From: Camelus dromedarius
Lineage: Eukaryota
NCBI RefSeq assembly: GCF_036321535.1
Contig: NC_087436.1
Span: 82,524,001 to 82,588,000 of the forward strand
Direction of reading: 5' to 3'
Length of the DNA: 64,000 bases
The position numbers were made by a program, and so were the translations under genes. The notes beneath the pieces are model-generated. The model saw nothing but the letters and a program-made list of their open reading frames with translations, was not told the DNA's origin and ran no database searches. This document shows, in pieces, positions 37,917 through 49,950 of this stretch. The stretch's first letter is position 1. The number at the start of each line of letters is the position of its first letter.

Positions 37917-39499
37917 CTTTCTAGACCTGTAAACCAAGAAGATAATTAGCAGTGGTGGTTAAAAGTTTTCTCATGAAAGATGAAAAGATACTCTCCTGAG
38001 ATTGACAGTGTCCTCTGTTTTTAAGAGGGATTGTTGTCTTTGTGGACTAACACATCTGAAAAGACAGATTTATGACACTTTATACCCGATTGTGTCCCTG
38101 TGAGAATACCTCTTTGATTTTTTGGCCCAGCTGTGTTTGGTAGAACTTGTCTGTTGATGACTATGTTTCCTTGGATAGAGGCTGTATACAGATCTTGGGT
38201 CTGAAGATTTGTGAGTGTTCACAGTGAAGGGGAAAGTTATGGAGTGAAGTAATACAGTGTGTCAGGTTTGGATAAAACAAACTTCCTCTCTGGTGTTGAA
38301 GAAACTCATATACCCAATACAGATTTTGGGGAATGAGACATCAGACTGCCCTATAGGGGCCATCCATGTTCATCTAATTTAGAGGTCTCACTTTGGCAAT
38401 CTGTGACTTGGTAGTGGCCTGCAGGTGGGTTCTATTTGGCAGGCACTGTGTGTTTATTTTAAAATCTGGAGCTTTCATGTAAAAACTCATTTTTGCAGTT
38501 TCTCTTGAACCATTGGGCCTCTTAGCAACAATGGGCCTTCATGGCAGCCATTGGCTGAGTCTGAGTAGAGACTCTCCTCTGTAAGTGATGCTGCCATTTG
38601 TACCTGATCTGCCTCATTTTTGTTATTTGTCTTGCATTTGAGTTTAGCTAGTTCCATATGAACTTGTTTAGTTTAGAGATGAGACAAGTGAGGCTCAGTA
38701 AATTGGCCTTCAGATGAACTCTCTTAAAATAGTGGGCTGTCTACATTTTCTTGCAGAGTATCCCTAAGCTTGGTAGTCTGAACTCTGACTGAGATTAGGG
38801 GTACAGTTTTTATTCTTTAATAGAGATTCTCTGGATCTCCCAGAAATAGAAAATGACTCTTTCAAATTATTTTTTGCAATCATAGTTCTATGCATAAAAG
38901 CATCCATAGAGCTTTAAATAATACTTTGACGTTTATAAAGAAAATGATTAATTTCTTCTGCTAGTTACCTCAGTATTTTTGAAGAAGTGCTTAAGTGGAT
39001 ATTTAAAAAATCTATTAATGTTAAACATTATTCAACTGATTTAATACTGTCTAACAGCTATCACTTCACACACACACACACACCACATGTACTCTTCTTT
39101 CTAAAATAATTATGTCACAATTTTTATTTAAATCATTATTTAACATTTATGACAATGTAAATATTCTTCACTGTTGAGACAAGTAGTAATTTCTTGTGTT
39201 GAGTCATACTTAAACTTCTTCTCTTGAACAACATTTTGTTTTTGTTCAGACCTAGAAATTGTCTCCCTTTTTAAAGGACTTTCCCAAGTAACTATCACTT
39301 AATTCTTCTGAAATTTTCCAACAAAATTTCATTTGAATATGGTAACAACAACTACAAAACAACAACAAACCCATATCCATAAGGAACTCCCCTAGTCCCA
39401 TATGCCCCCTTGGAAATGCCCTGCCCGGAGCTGTGTTTCTCTTGCTCCTTTTGGCTGAAGCACTGTGGGCAGCTGCACTGCTTTTCTCCTGGGATCTCT

Positions 39500-41120
39500 A
39501 GTCACCTCCACCCTGGGAATTCCCTTTGCTCTTTTCTCATGTTTGAGGTCTCACTACTTGGATACCATATGTTTCTCTTTTTTGGTGTTCTCCCTCATTT
39601 TCATGGAGCACATCCTCCAGAAGCTTTCTGAGAAACAGAATATAGGAGACAGAATTTTTGAGACTTTGCATATCAGAAAAACATCTGTATTTTATCTTTC
39701 ACTTGATACATAGTTTGACTGGATATAGAATTTTAGACTAGAAATTTTTTTCTTAGAATTTTAAGCATGTTCCATATTCTTCTAGTTTCCAGCATTGCTA
39801 GTAAGATCTCCAATGTCAGTTTTTTCCCCAATTTTTAAAAATGAGAATTTTTTCTTTCTTTCTGCAAGTTTTAAAGTTTTAATATTTACCCCTAGTGTTC
39901 TGAAATATTACAACCTCTGCCTTTGTTTGGATTCTTTTTTTCTTTTTCTTTTTTTACTTTTAAGTAGTCATCAGGCCCTTTGAATTTGGAAATTCATATA
40001 TTTCAGTTCTGGGAGATATTTACATTTTAATTCTTTGCTAATTTTTGCCCCTCTATTTATTTTTGTCTTTTCCTTCTGGAATTCATATTAGTTAAATGTC
40101 CAAATTCTTGGGTTGATTCTTTAATTTACTTACCATCTTTGCTCCTCTTTCCCATCTTGTTTATATTATTCTGGGAAACTTCTTTAATTTTATCTTTCAT
40201 GTCTTCTATTGATGTTTTTTAAAAAATTTGCTCATACATTTTCAATTTCTTATTTCCTAATGGTCTCCTTTTTTAATATTAACTTTTTCTTTTCTCGTTA
40301 GTATGATATATACTCTTATCTTTTTTAGGATATTAATCAAACATTTTGAAAATTTCTTCCGCACTCTACATTTTCTGTTTCCATATTATTCCTCTTCTTC
40401 TAGTTTGTGCATTTTGGTCTTTGTTTTTCATGTTGAACGCTTTCCCCAAATGTCTAATGTCTTTGATTGTCTGGTAATGTTTAATAGTGAGTCACTAAGA
40501 AGCCAGTCAGAAGTTTCATGGGCAGGGCTTGTCACCTTGGAGAGCTTGGATAGGGGTGCTGAGGCAGGAGTCTAACAGTTTTGATGAGGCATCCCAAATG
40601 TCATTGTCAGATCTTTTCTTGGGGAGTTTTTTTCTTTAGAGGATTTTCCTATCGATTAATTCGTTGAGGAGGTAGGTAAAAGCCTGGTTGCTAGCATTCT
40701 GCAAGATGACTGAGTGGAGGGACTGGAGATCTCTCAGTGCATATATGACTCTCATTTAGTCCCTGGGCTCCTGCATGGCACCACATCCCACCCTCCCCTG
40801 TGCCTACCTTGAGTCCAGGGCCAGAGAACAATCTGCTCTCCTGTTTAGGGTGGAACGGGAGGTCCTCCTGGCTGTGCAGGCATGAGGAAAGATTTTGGGT
40901 CTTTTTTATCTGACAGCCTTTCAACAGTCCTCCTGATTTCAGCCTCTACCCTCTGATCGGCTTTTAAATTACCTGCTGCCTCCAATTCTTTAAACTTTTC
41001 TGGATTCTGCAGTATGAATTGGCCTTCTTTGTTTCAGAAAACCCTTAGGTTTAAGCTTTCCCTGTTCTACCAATGACTTTTCCATCTTCTAAAAATTTGC
41101 TGATATCTTTTATCTTTGTC
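39500..41120 (-). mobile_element. Old, degraded L1M-type LINE fragment
   Basis: Long T-rich stretch with L1 antisense motifs (TAGTTTGACTGGATATAGAATTTTAG; TCAGTTCTGGGA). Boundaries approximate. Confidence 0.5.
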
Positions 41121-41149
41121 TCTTCCTTTTTTTTTCTTTGTCATTATGA

Positions 41150-41181
<32 letters not shown>

Positions 41182-41305
41182 TATTATACTGGAATTTTAG
41201 CAGGGAGTAACAATATATACATGTCTTTTGTCCACCCAATTTAATCAACAGATGTTTTCCATTTCTTCATCTGATTTGTATTATTATTATTATTATTATT
41301 ATTAT
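41150..41305 (+). repeat. Two (TTA)n microsatellites
   Basis: (TTA)n at about 41150-41186 and 41279-41305. Confidence 0.9.
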
Positions 41306-42049
41306 TTAGGACACATAATAATTACTATAGCTCTTTGGTTCTAACTTAGCAAATCGAATTTTTATTGAAGAAAAGGAGGCTATATGTGCCAAGGCAAACT
41401 TCCTTATCATGTTGGAAACAAATAAAAACACACTTCTGCCTATCCCATTATTCAGATCCCACTGGGTGGCCCTCTTTTGGATCCCTCTGAAAATGACCAT
41501 ACATAACAAGTAGAAATTCAGAGTACTACTGTGAAATGTGTTTACATCATTTGTATCTTTAAATAAACATTATTTAGAACCAGTAATGGTATATAAGAGA
41601 TACTAGAATTTTACATTATCAAAGTGCCTTGGGCTTACCAAACAAATTTACAAATGGAATATTATCTTATTCGATCTTTGCAACAACCCAAAACGTGGCA
41701 GAGGAAGAACAGGCCTAGAAAGGCTACGATGTGACATGCTGGGGGTGTCACAGAGCTGTTAAGAGGGGGAACTGGGCTTGAACACAGCTTTCCCGGCTCC
41801 TGCTCCAGCACTTTCCCAGCTCTTTTGCAAATAAAGATCTCCATTTACCTCTTACCCAGAGATACAGAAAAGAAGAAAAAATTAAAAAACCCAACCCAGT
41901 ATTGAGAAAAATTAAGAATTCACTTTGAGTTTTTAAATAAGAGTTCCAAACACTCTAAGGTTTAAGGTTTTACATACTTGGCAAAATACATTTTTCTGTG
42001 TTGCTTGTCATAGAAGGTTGGTTGTGGTCTTTGACATCAGAAGTCCCTT

Positions 42050-42200
42050 CCACATGCATGAAATCCTGGATTCAACCCCTAGTACCTTCACTAAAAACAA
42101 TCAATAGCTTGGGGTGTGAGGTATAGCTCAGTGGTAGAGCACGTACTCAATGTACACAAGGTTCTGGGTTCAATCCTCAGTGCCTCCATTAAAGGAAAAA
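42050..42200 (+). mobile_element. Tandem pair of tRNA-derived SINEs (5'-truncated copy plus full head)
   Basis: CATGCATGAAATCCTGGATTCAACCCCTAG...AAAAAC, followed directly by GGGGTGTGAGGTATAGCTCAGTGGTAGAG...GGGTTCAATCC. Confidence 0.85.
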
Positions 42201-42937
42201 CAGTCCCTGTCAATAGTGCTCTTTTTTTTTTTTTTTTGTCTAAACAAGGAAAAAGCATAAAAATTAAATTTCCCTTGAACCAATAACACGTTTAAATAAA
42301 AAACATACAGTGCATCACCCTCCTTTCCCACAAAGACTCGTGACATTTCAGTTGTATTAAAAGACACCTTCTAGTGAAAAAATTAAACTGTAATGAGAGC
42401 TAGAGTCTGGCTTCAGCACTGTCCCTAACTAGCCAAGAGACCTCAGTCAAGTCAATTACCCTTTCTTAGATAGTTTTCTTAGGTAATGAACAATGAAGAG
42501 GGTGATCCTCCAGCACTAATATTTCATGATTGTAAAATTAGAAATAATTCTATGAATTTCATGAATCACAAACTGCTTCTGTCTTTTTTCCTTAAACTAC
42601 TAAACCCTCTAAAAATGTATTTTATGATTATATTGTATGAAAAATAAAGTATTTTATACATGCTATTTAATACTTCAAGGAAATAAGTAGAATCTATTTT
42701 CTACCTCTATTATTGATAATTTAAAATATTTTACTCTCTTAGTAAATGCTAATTGTAAAGAGCCATTAGAAAATTCAGTTTCCTTCCTCTATCTTCTAGA
42801 ATTTAACATTCATTCATTCATTCCACCAGTATTTATTAGATTTATGGAACTCTAGTCATTTATATTTTAAATCAGCATATTATTACTATTTTAATGTTTT
42901 AGAAAACTGTTAAAATATAAAATAGTATAATTTAGTG

Positions 42938-43169
42938 CAGGGTCATTTTATCTTGGCACTGTTAACACTTGGGCTGGATAATTCTTGTTGTGGGGGGTGG
43001 TCCTTTGGATGTAAGATTGTAAGATGTTTGGCAGTATCCCTAACTTCTTCTGCCCACTAGATGTCAGTAGCAAGTCCCCCATTCCTCACCAGTTATGACA
43101 ACCAAAAATGTCTCCAAACATTGCCGAGTAACCCTGGAGGGCAAATTCACCCTGACTGAGAACTATTGG
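42938..43169. mobile_element. MER20-like hAT DNA transposon
   Basis: GGCACTGTTAACACTTGGGCTGGATAATTCTT...CAACCAAAAATGTCTCCAAACATTGCC...TGAGAACTATTG matches the MER20 pattern as I recall it. Confidence 0.8.
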
Positions 43170-43174
43170 CTAGT

Positions 43175-43632
43175 GGGATGCCCAGCTATCTGGTTAAACA
43201 CTATTTCTAGATGCGTCTTTGAGGGTGTTTCCAGAAGAGGTTAGCATTTGAATCAGTAGACTGTGTAAAGCTGATTGCCCTTCCAGTGTGGGTGGGCTTC
43301 ATCCAATTTGTTGAGGGCCTGCATAGAACAAGAAGTTGTAATATGGGAGAATTGGCTCTGTCCGCCACTGTTTGAGGGGGGACATTGGTCTTCTTCTGCC
43401 CTTGGACTGGAACATACATTAGTGCTCCTGGTGCTCAGACCTTCAGACTAAGACTGTAGAGTTACATGGTATCACCATGTTTACTGGGTTGCCAGCTGGC
43501 AGAAGGCAAATAATGGCACTTTATCAGTGCCTATAATTCCATGAGTCATTTCCTTATAATAAATCAATCTCTCTCTATAAATAAACATAAACAGATATAT
43601 ATATTCCCCCTACCCAGAACCCTGATTCATAC
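43175..43632 (+). mobile_element. MLT2-type (ERVL) LTR
   Basis: GAGGGTGTTTCCAGAAGAGGTTAGCATTTGAATCAGTAGACTG...AGAACCCTGATTCATACA. Confidence 0.75.
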
Positions 43633-45094
43633 AATAACTAATTCAGTTTTGTGAAGATTAGAAGAAATAGTATTTGTAAAAATGTGTGATACCTAGGAGG
43701 TGGCCAATACATTTTTCTTCTTTCCTTTTTCATTTTCCATAAAAATAAAAGTGCTATTGTTGGATAAATAACTTAGAGCCTCAGAAAATTATATAATTTA
43801 AGTGTTGCTGTGAAGTTAGAATAATTTTCCAGTGGAACATTTATAGTCTCTTTTGCCCACTCATTTACCAAAGCTCCCTTTAACTCCAGGATTCTTTTCT
43901 ACATTCATCACAAATAACAATGGAATTAGGCTAAGAGGCTGTAACCACATTTCTTATAAATGGTAGTAACATAAAGGGGAAGCAAGAATCATCAAACGTG
44001 TTGTGGGTTTTAAGGCTAATTTCTTTCTGATTTTAGTTTTTATAGCAGTATGTATAGATAATTAAATTTGAGAAAGTATTTCCCTTTAATTTGATCAAAG
44101 GATCTCACAAATTCCCTTCACTTTCTTAAATCTAATGCAGCTGAATGAGTTAAAAAGAAATATGTGTCCTGTTGGCCAGAGCTCACATCACTCATTCACT
44201 CTTTCACTCATTTATTGAGCACTTACTAGACACTGCATAGGCACAGGGTCCCGTGGTTTCTGTCTTGAAGAGTTATAAAGGAAGAAGTCAAGTAAATCGA
44301 TGATTCAGTATAATGTGAGCAGCATGTACATAATGCAATGAAAATACAGAAAGAAGCATTTACAATTAGGTAGTTAATAGTACTAATATTTACTGAGTTC
44401 TGAGTACTTAAGTTATAAGCACTGTTCTGAGAGTTTTGCACATACTAACTCTTTGAATCTTCCCAACATTCCTACAAGGTAGCATTTTATTTTCATCGCT
44501 TTACTAGTAAGGAAACTAAAGTTAAGCAACATGTTCAAGGTTACTCAGCTAAGTAGCAGAACCAAAATTTCAGACCTGGCCATTTGGTTTTATGTCTGTC
44601 TTCTTAACCACCGTGCTATACTGCCATGTATGGAAAAGATTTTCAGAGAAGGTAGTTCTTGATGTGAGGTTTGAAAAACCACTCACTCAGTACTAGTTAG
44701 CTGTATGAAAGATGGAAGGGCAATCTAGAGGGTGAAAGCAGCATAGGTGAAGGTCCACAGACATAAGACAGAATATGTTTAAGTCACTAGGGTGTTAGTG
44801 GGTGAAGTGGAGGGAGGCAAAGCTCAAAACAAGGCAAGTCTTTGTGCATTAAATTCAGAATTTTAAGTTCCGGCTGAAAAGCTATGGGAACTGAATGACT
44901 GATTGTAAGTTGGGGAGTGATATAATCAGATTTGAATGTTAGGAAGAGTCCTTGGAACAGCTATGTAGAGGACAGATCCTCTAGAAGTAGAAAGTAGAAA
45001 GACTTACTAGGAAGAAATTGAAATATTAGGGTGAGAAGTGGTCAGAGCCTTAAATGTTGCCTCTGGCCTCTGAATGGAAAAGAGAGGGATAGAT

Positions 45095-45490
45095 CCAGCT
45101 CGTACTGGCTCATGAGAGCCAATTGTTAAATTTCCGGGAATTTTGTGAGCTGGCTATTAAACAAAGCCATCATTAAAAATTAAATTATATACACTTTAAT
45201 TATATTAAAAACAAAAGAAATAAATACTCAAAACTCACTGCTTTATATTTACTTTACTACATATACTGTCACTTACTCTCTTGACCTTATTTATGCCTAT
45301 TGTATCTGTAGGTGGATATACTATATAATGCGTGGTAATGCGCTTCTCTTCCCAATTCAGTTCAGTGATGTCATGTTAACAGCTTGAAATCAGCCATGGT
45401 GGGAGGATTATACCATGGAAATCATCAAATGCTACTAATCCTCCTTTCCCCACAAAATCTGGTTGTTAAATACTTGCCAGTATAACACTG
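45095..45490. mobile_element. MER63-like hAT-Blackjack DNA transposon
   Basis: GCTCGTACTGGCTCATGAGAGCCAATTGTTAAA...GCTTGAAATCAGCCATGGTGGGAG...CCAGTATAACACTG matches MER63 as I recall it. Embedded in L2-like sequence. Confidence 0.7.
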
Positions 45491-46267
45491 GAAGTTCTGA
45501 GAAATATTTAAACATAGAACAGATAAGACTTACTAACAAATCGTATGCTGTGGGAAGAAGAGAAGGAAAAGTCTTGGGCTATCACATTTCTAATTTGGGC
45601 AACTGGGTAAATGGTGGTGTTAAAACTAAGATAAAGGATTATAAGGGGATCCGGTTTTACAAGAAAGATGGTGAATTAGTTTTTTGACTTGTTGAATTTA
45701 AGTAGAGATGTACCTAGATAAATGGGTCTGGAGGTAAGCATAGAGCTTGAGGCTACAGATATAGTTTGGGTGCTTTTAGCACAAAAATCTATACGGTGGG
45801 TAGAACAGAAGGGAAGAGCCAAAATCCTAGTGGGTGAAGACCATTAGGTGCCATTAGAGAATGGGAAGAACTAAAGATACAAAGGATGGGGGAAGGGAAC
45901 GTCACATAAGAAAAAGAAAATGTTAAATGTTACAGACAGGTCAAAGTAAACAAGGCTGGGCATTGTCCACTGCCTCTGGAAATGCAGAGGTTATTGGAGA
46001 GTTGAGGGAGAATAGTGTTGGTGCAGTAGTGTTGGTGGAGTCCAGTCTTCGTGACTGGGAAGTAGATAGACAGTAATGGAATGAAGACAGTGAATGTAGA
46101 CCACTCTTAAGATGGTTGGCTATGAAAGGAAGGAGAGTAAGATAGCTTAAGGGAAAGTGCAGTCACAAGAAATGTTTATTTGTACTCAAATGTGGTCAAC
46201 CAAGTATTTCCTGTGCTGAGGGGAAAGCATAAGTGATGAATGAGAAGACAGAGGGGAGGAGAGGAGA

Positions 46268-46694
46268 TGTGGTAAACAGTGATGGCGCCCAGTGAAGTAT
46301 ACCTCCTGAGTTTCATGCCCAGTGACTTTGCCCTTGGCTTTGTGACTAGTTCTGGCCAGTGGGGCATTTGCAAGTATGATGACAGCAGAGGCCTGGGAAG
46401 TACTTGCAGAGTGGGATTTGTCCTGTGGAAACCATCTGCCATGCTGTTCAAAAGCTTGGACCACAGGCTAGTCCAGACCGCTGAATGGTTAAGAGAACCC
46501 TGGAGGATGAGACCATGTGGGGCGGTTCAGCCCCAGCTGAGCTCCCAACTACCTCATGAATGACTCTGGACAAAGTCAACAGAAGAACCACCTAGTTGAG
46601 CTAGTACAGATTGCAGAGTCTGTGTGAATAAGGGGACTGGATTTAAGCTGTTTAATTTTGGGGTTGGGTTGTTATGCAGTAACAAGTAACTGAA
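46268..46694 (+). mobile_element. MaLR (MLT1-type) solo LTR
   Basis: TGTGG start; ends TTTTGGGGTTGGGTTGTTATGCAGTAACAAGTAACTGAAA. Confidence 0.7.
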
Positions 46695-49125
46695 ATGGGG
46701 GAAAACAGAGAAGTTGCCTGAGTTATTGGGAAGGCAATATTGCACAGTGATTTAAAGGCATAGGCTCTGAAACAGGATTTCCTGGGCTCTAATACTCAAT
46801 GTTTATAATCTGGGATAAATTACTCGGCTTTTTGGAGCCTCAGTTTCTTTATCTGTAACATGATGATGGAGATTAAATGAGATAATAGAATCTCAGTAAG
46901 CTCTTGGTAAGTATTTGCTGGTCTAATATTAAAGCACAGGTGGAAGGTTTAACTTTGAAGAGAAAGAGGGATTCTTTGTTCTTCTAGACAAAAGGGAGGA
47001 AGGCTTAACTGTAAGGAGGTGTTGAGGTAAGGCACTGAGAAATACCAATTCATTAAATCGGACTTAGTTAACCTACTTTGACTTACATAGCAGTCATGAT
47101 TTTCTCAGTTTATAAAATATTTTCCTGTATACTGTCTCATTTGATCCATTAAGGAAAGGAGGATAGATAACATTTAACTATAAAAAAACAGAAGCTTGAA
47201 GAATCTAACTTATTTGGCTAAATGTGCAAGGCTTAAGAGGTGAGCAAGGACTAGAACGCAGCACTGTGGATTCAGAATCCAGGTTCTCATGTGGTCTCAC
47301 AGAACTGGTTGCAGACTAGAAATCAGAAGTCTGGCTTTCGGCCCTGGCTCTGCCAGGTAGTAAATGCTACTTTGAGCAAATTACTTAATCTCTCTAAACT
47401 TCATATAGAGAGTGAGAACAACAATTCCAATGGCAAAGGGAGCCACTGAAGTGGGGAAGCTCTTTGCAAACTCTGAAATGATGTATATGTGTAAATGATT
47501 ATTATTTCCATTGCTCTGCCTGGTACCTGTCATCAATATTAGCATTGTAGTCATTTATGTCTTATATTTAGTGTGGTATAAGGGAAATGAATCTTTAGTC
47601 TTCCTTACTTTTTCTTCTCCCTCTCTTCATGTCTTCTTCCCCTTGGTGACTTCAAGCTACCTAGGAGTCCTGGTTCCAGAATGTTTTCACATTTGGTTCT
47701 CTCAATAAAACAAACTCACTTGTCCTATATCCCACATATTTAAATTCTAGTTTTCTGCATGCATCTAATCCACAGATAGGAGATAAGAAAATTCCTGAGT
47801 TAATGTCTTTCTAGTCTTAAGTAAGAGGTATCTTCACATTGGCCTTAACCCAAAGGAGCTATAGAATGATAAGAATCTTGGTATAGCTGTGGAGGAGACA
47901 TATTAACACAGGATAAGTATAGAGTTTGTCGTATGAGCTTAGTGGCCAGTTGTGCTGGCTTTTTGGGAGTCAACCCCAACATTTCCTGCATGGCCCCTGA
48001 TTATTTACTGTGTCCCAGGTTCGAACTGTTTTTTTAGGGGTCTCGTGTTTGTTTCCATCCTGAAATCAAAAACAAAATTTAAAGACAGGCTGTGGTTATG
48101 TCATTTAGAATGATCCAAGCAGGAAACCACCTCAAGTTTTCAACTGTAAAGCAGATGCCTGTGTTGTAAAGATAGAACCTTGTGGAACAATCAAGTATCT
48201 AGAATGTAGAAGGCCTTGAGTTCTTCTGCTGTGTTCCTCTTTGTCCTTCAGACCAGCCAGTCACTGGGCACTTTTGCCTCACTGAGCTGATCGTATTTGC
48301 CACACAGTGATCAAAAATAATTTCACGGCCTTTAACTTTTTATTTTAAGAACTGAACAAATGTGCTGATTTATATAAATAAGGCACAGTGGAGAACTTTC
48401 CTGGGAAATGAGAGATTTTTGAAAACAACTGTTAAACTGAAGAATACAGGAGGCTTAATTAGCTGATGCTTGCAAAATACTTTGAAAATGAAACCCATGA
48501 TGTTCTTGCTAAGTACGATGAATACCATTTATTCTTGGATAAGTAGAAAGTAATATATTTTGAGACATTCAAATTTGGTGTGCACTGTCTACAAAATGCA
48601 GATCGTTATTTTTGCAGAAAGAGCAAACAAAACTCTATTTGAAAAATGCAGAAGTGAGACACATTTTTGAATATAAAGTTATTATTCTTGAAGACTTAAC
48701 TATGAAGTGTTGATGTGAAATTAGATCTTTGCCCAACTGTATGAGCTTATTCAAAGGCAGTTGCATAGCTGAAAGAGGACTTGGAATAGAAATGGAAGAT
48801 CTAAGTCCAGACCTGAACTACTTTTTACCAGCCAAGAGACCTTGGTGAAGTCACTGCTTTCTTCATCTACAAAATAGGGGGGAAAAAATAAAGCCTTCCT
48901 ATTTATCTTCTAGGGTGGTTTTGAGACTCAAATATGATCAGATAGTCATTTGATAGTTTTACTAACTATAAAAATGAAATGAAAGATTACATTTCTTTGA
49001 AACATTCATAAGGCAAAAATGGCTTTCATAACCATAGTAAGTAATAATTCACACAGACCTAAATTCATCTTTTTACTTAGAGTTCTTAAGTTACTTATTT
49101 CTTTACTTTGTCCCGCTGTTTCTTT

Positions 49126-49177
49126 TTTTTAATTTTATTTTTTATTGAAGTGTAGTTGATTTACAATGTTAGTTTTA
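49126..49177 (-). mobile_element. Extremely 5'-truncated L1 3' end
   Basis: T-rich tract plus TTGAAGTGTAGTTGATTTACAATGTT, the reverse complement of the L1 terminus also seen near 1490-1520. TSD at 49111-49125 and 49178-49192. Confidence 0.75.
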
Positions 49178-49485
49178 TCCCACAGTTTCTTTGCATGGAT
49201 CTAGAGAGGTTAAGATGAGAGTGATGGAGAACTTTGAGGAGAGCCTCTACCATCTCTTAGGAACAAAGTGTCTCATTACCAAACTTTCAGAAGAACGTCA
49301 TCTGGAATTTTAAAAGATGACTGCTAGACTCCACTGTATGAGATATGGCCTTTCCATGGAAGCCCAGGATTTGGAATTTCAGGTCTTCCATTAAGAACTA
49401 AACATCCATGGATGTCAACTCTAATTCACATGAATAGTTGTCTTGAGACAATTTCTGACACTTTTCATTTAATGTGTATAAACAG

Positions 49486-49950
49486 TGTGGTATAATAAAG
49501 ATGGCCATAAATTCTTTGCTGCTCCTCCCTTTGAGAGGCAAAGTCAAATTCTCCTTCCCTCAAATCTGGACTGGTTTTGGTGACTTACTTGACCAAATGA
49601 TTGAGGCAGAGTGCTGTTCTGGGACTTTGGAGGTTAGCCTGGAAGAAGCCTTGTAGTTTTGACCTTGATCTCCTGAAACACTTGCTTTGGGAGTTCCAAG
49701 CCATTTTGTAAGAGACTGTCATGCCATAGAAGATGCTGTTCAACAGTCCCTGCCCATTCCAGCTTTCCACGTGTCCTTGCAAAGGCACAGTATATGTGAG
49801 TGGAGTCACCTTGGACCTTCCAGAGTGGCTCACCTGCCAGCTCAGTACTTCTAAGCAACCTGTCCAAACTCCTGACCCACAAAATCTTGAGAAATTATGA
49901 AATAATTGTTTAAAGTCACAATTTGTAAGCAGCAGTGGAGAACTGGAATG
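49486..49950 (+). mobile_element. MaLR (MLT1-type) solo LTR
   Basis: TGTGGTATAATAAAGATGGCC start, with a typical MLT1 interior and end. Confidence 0.7.
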
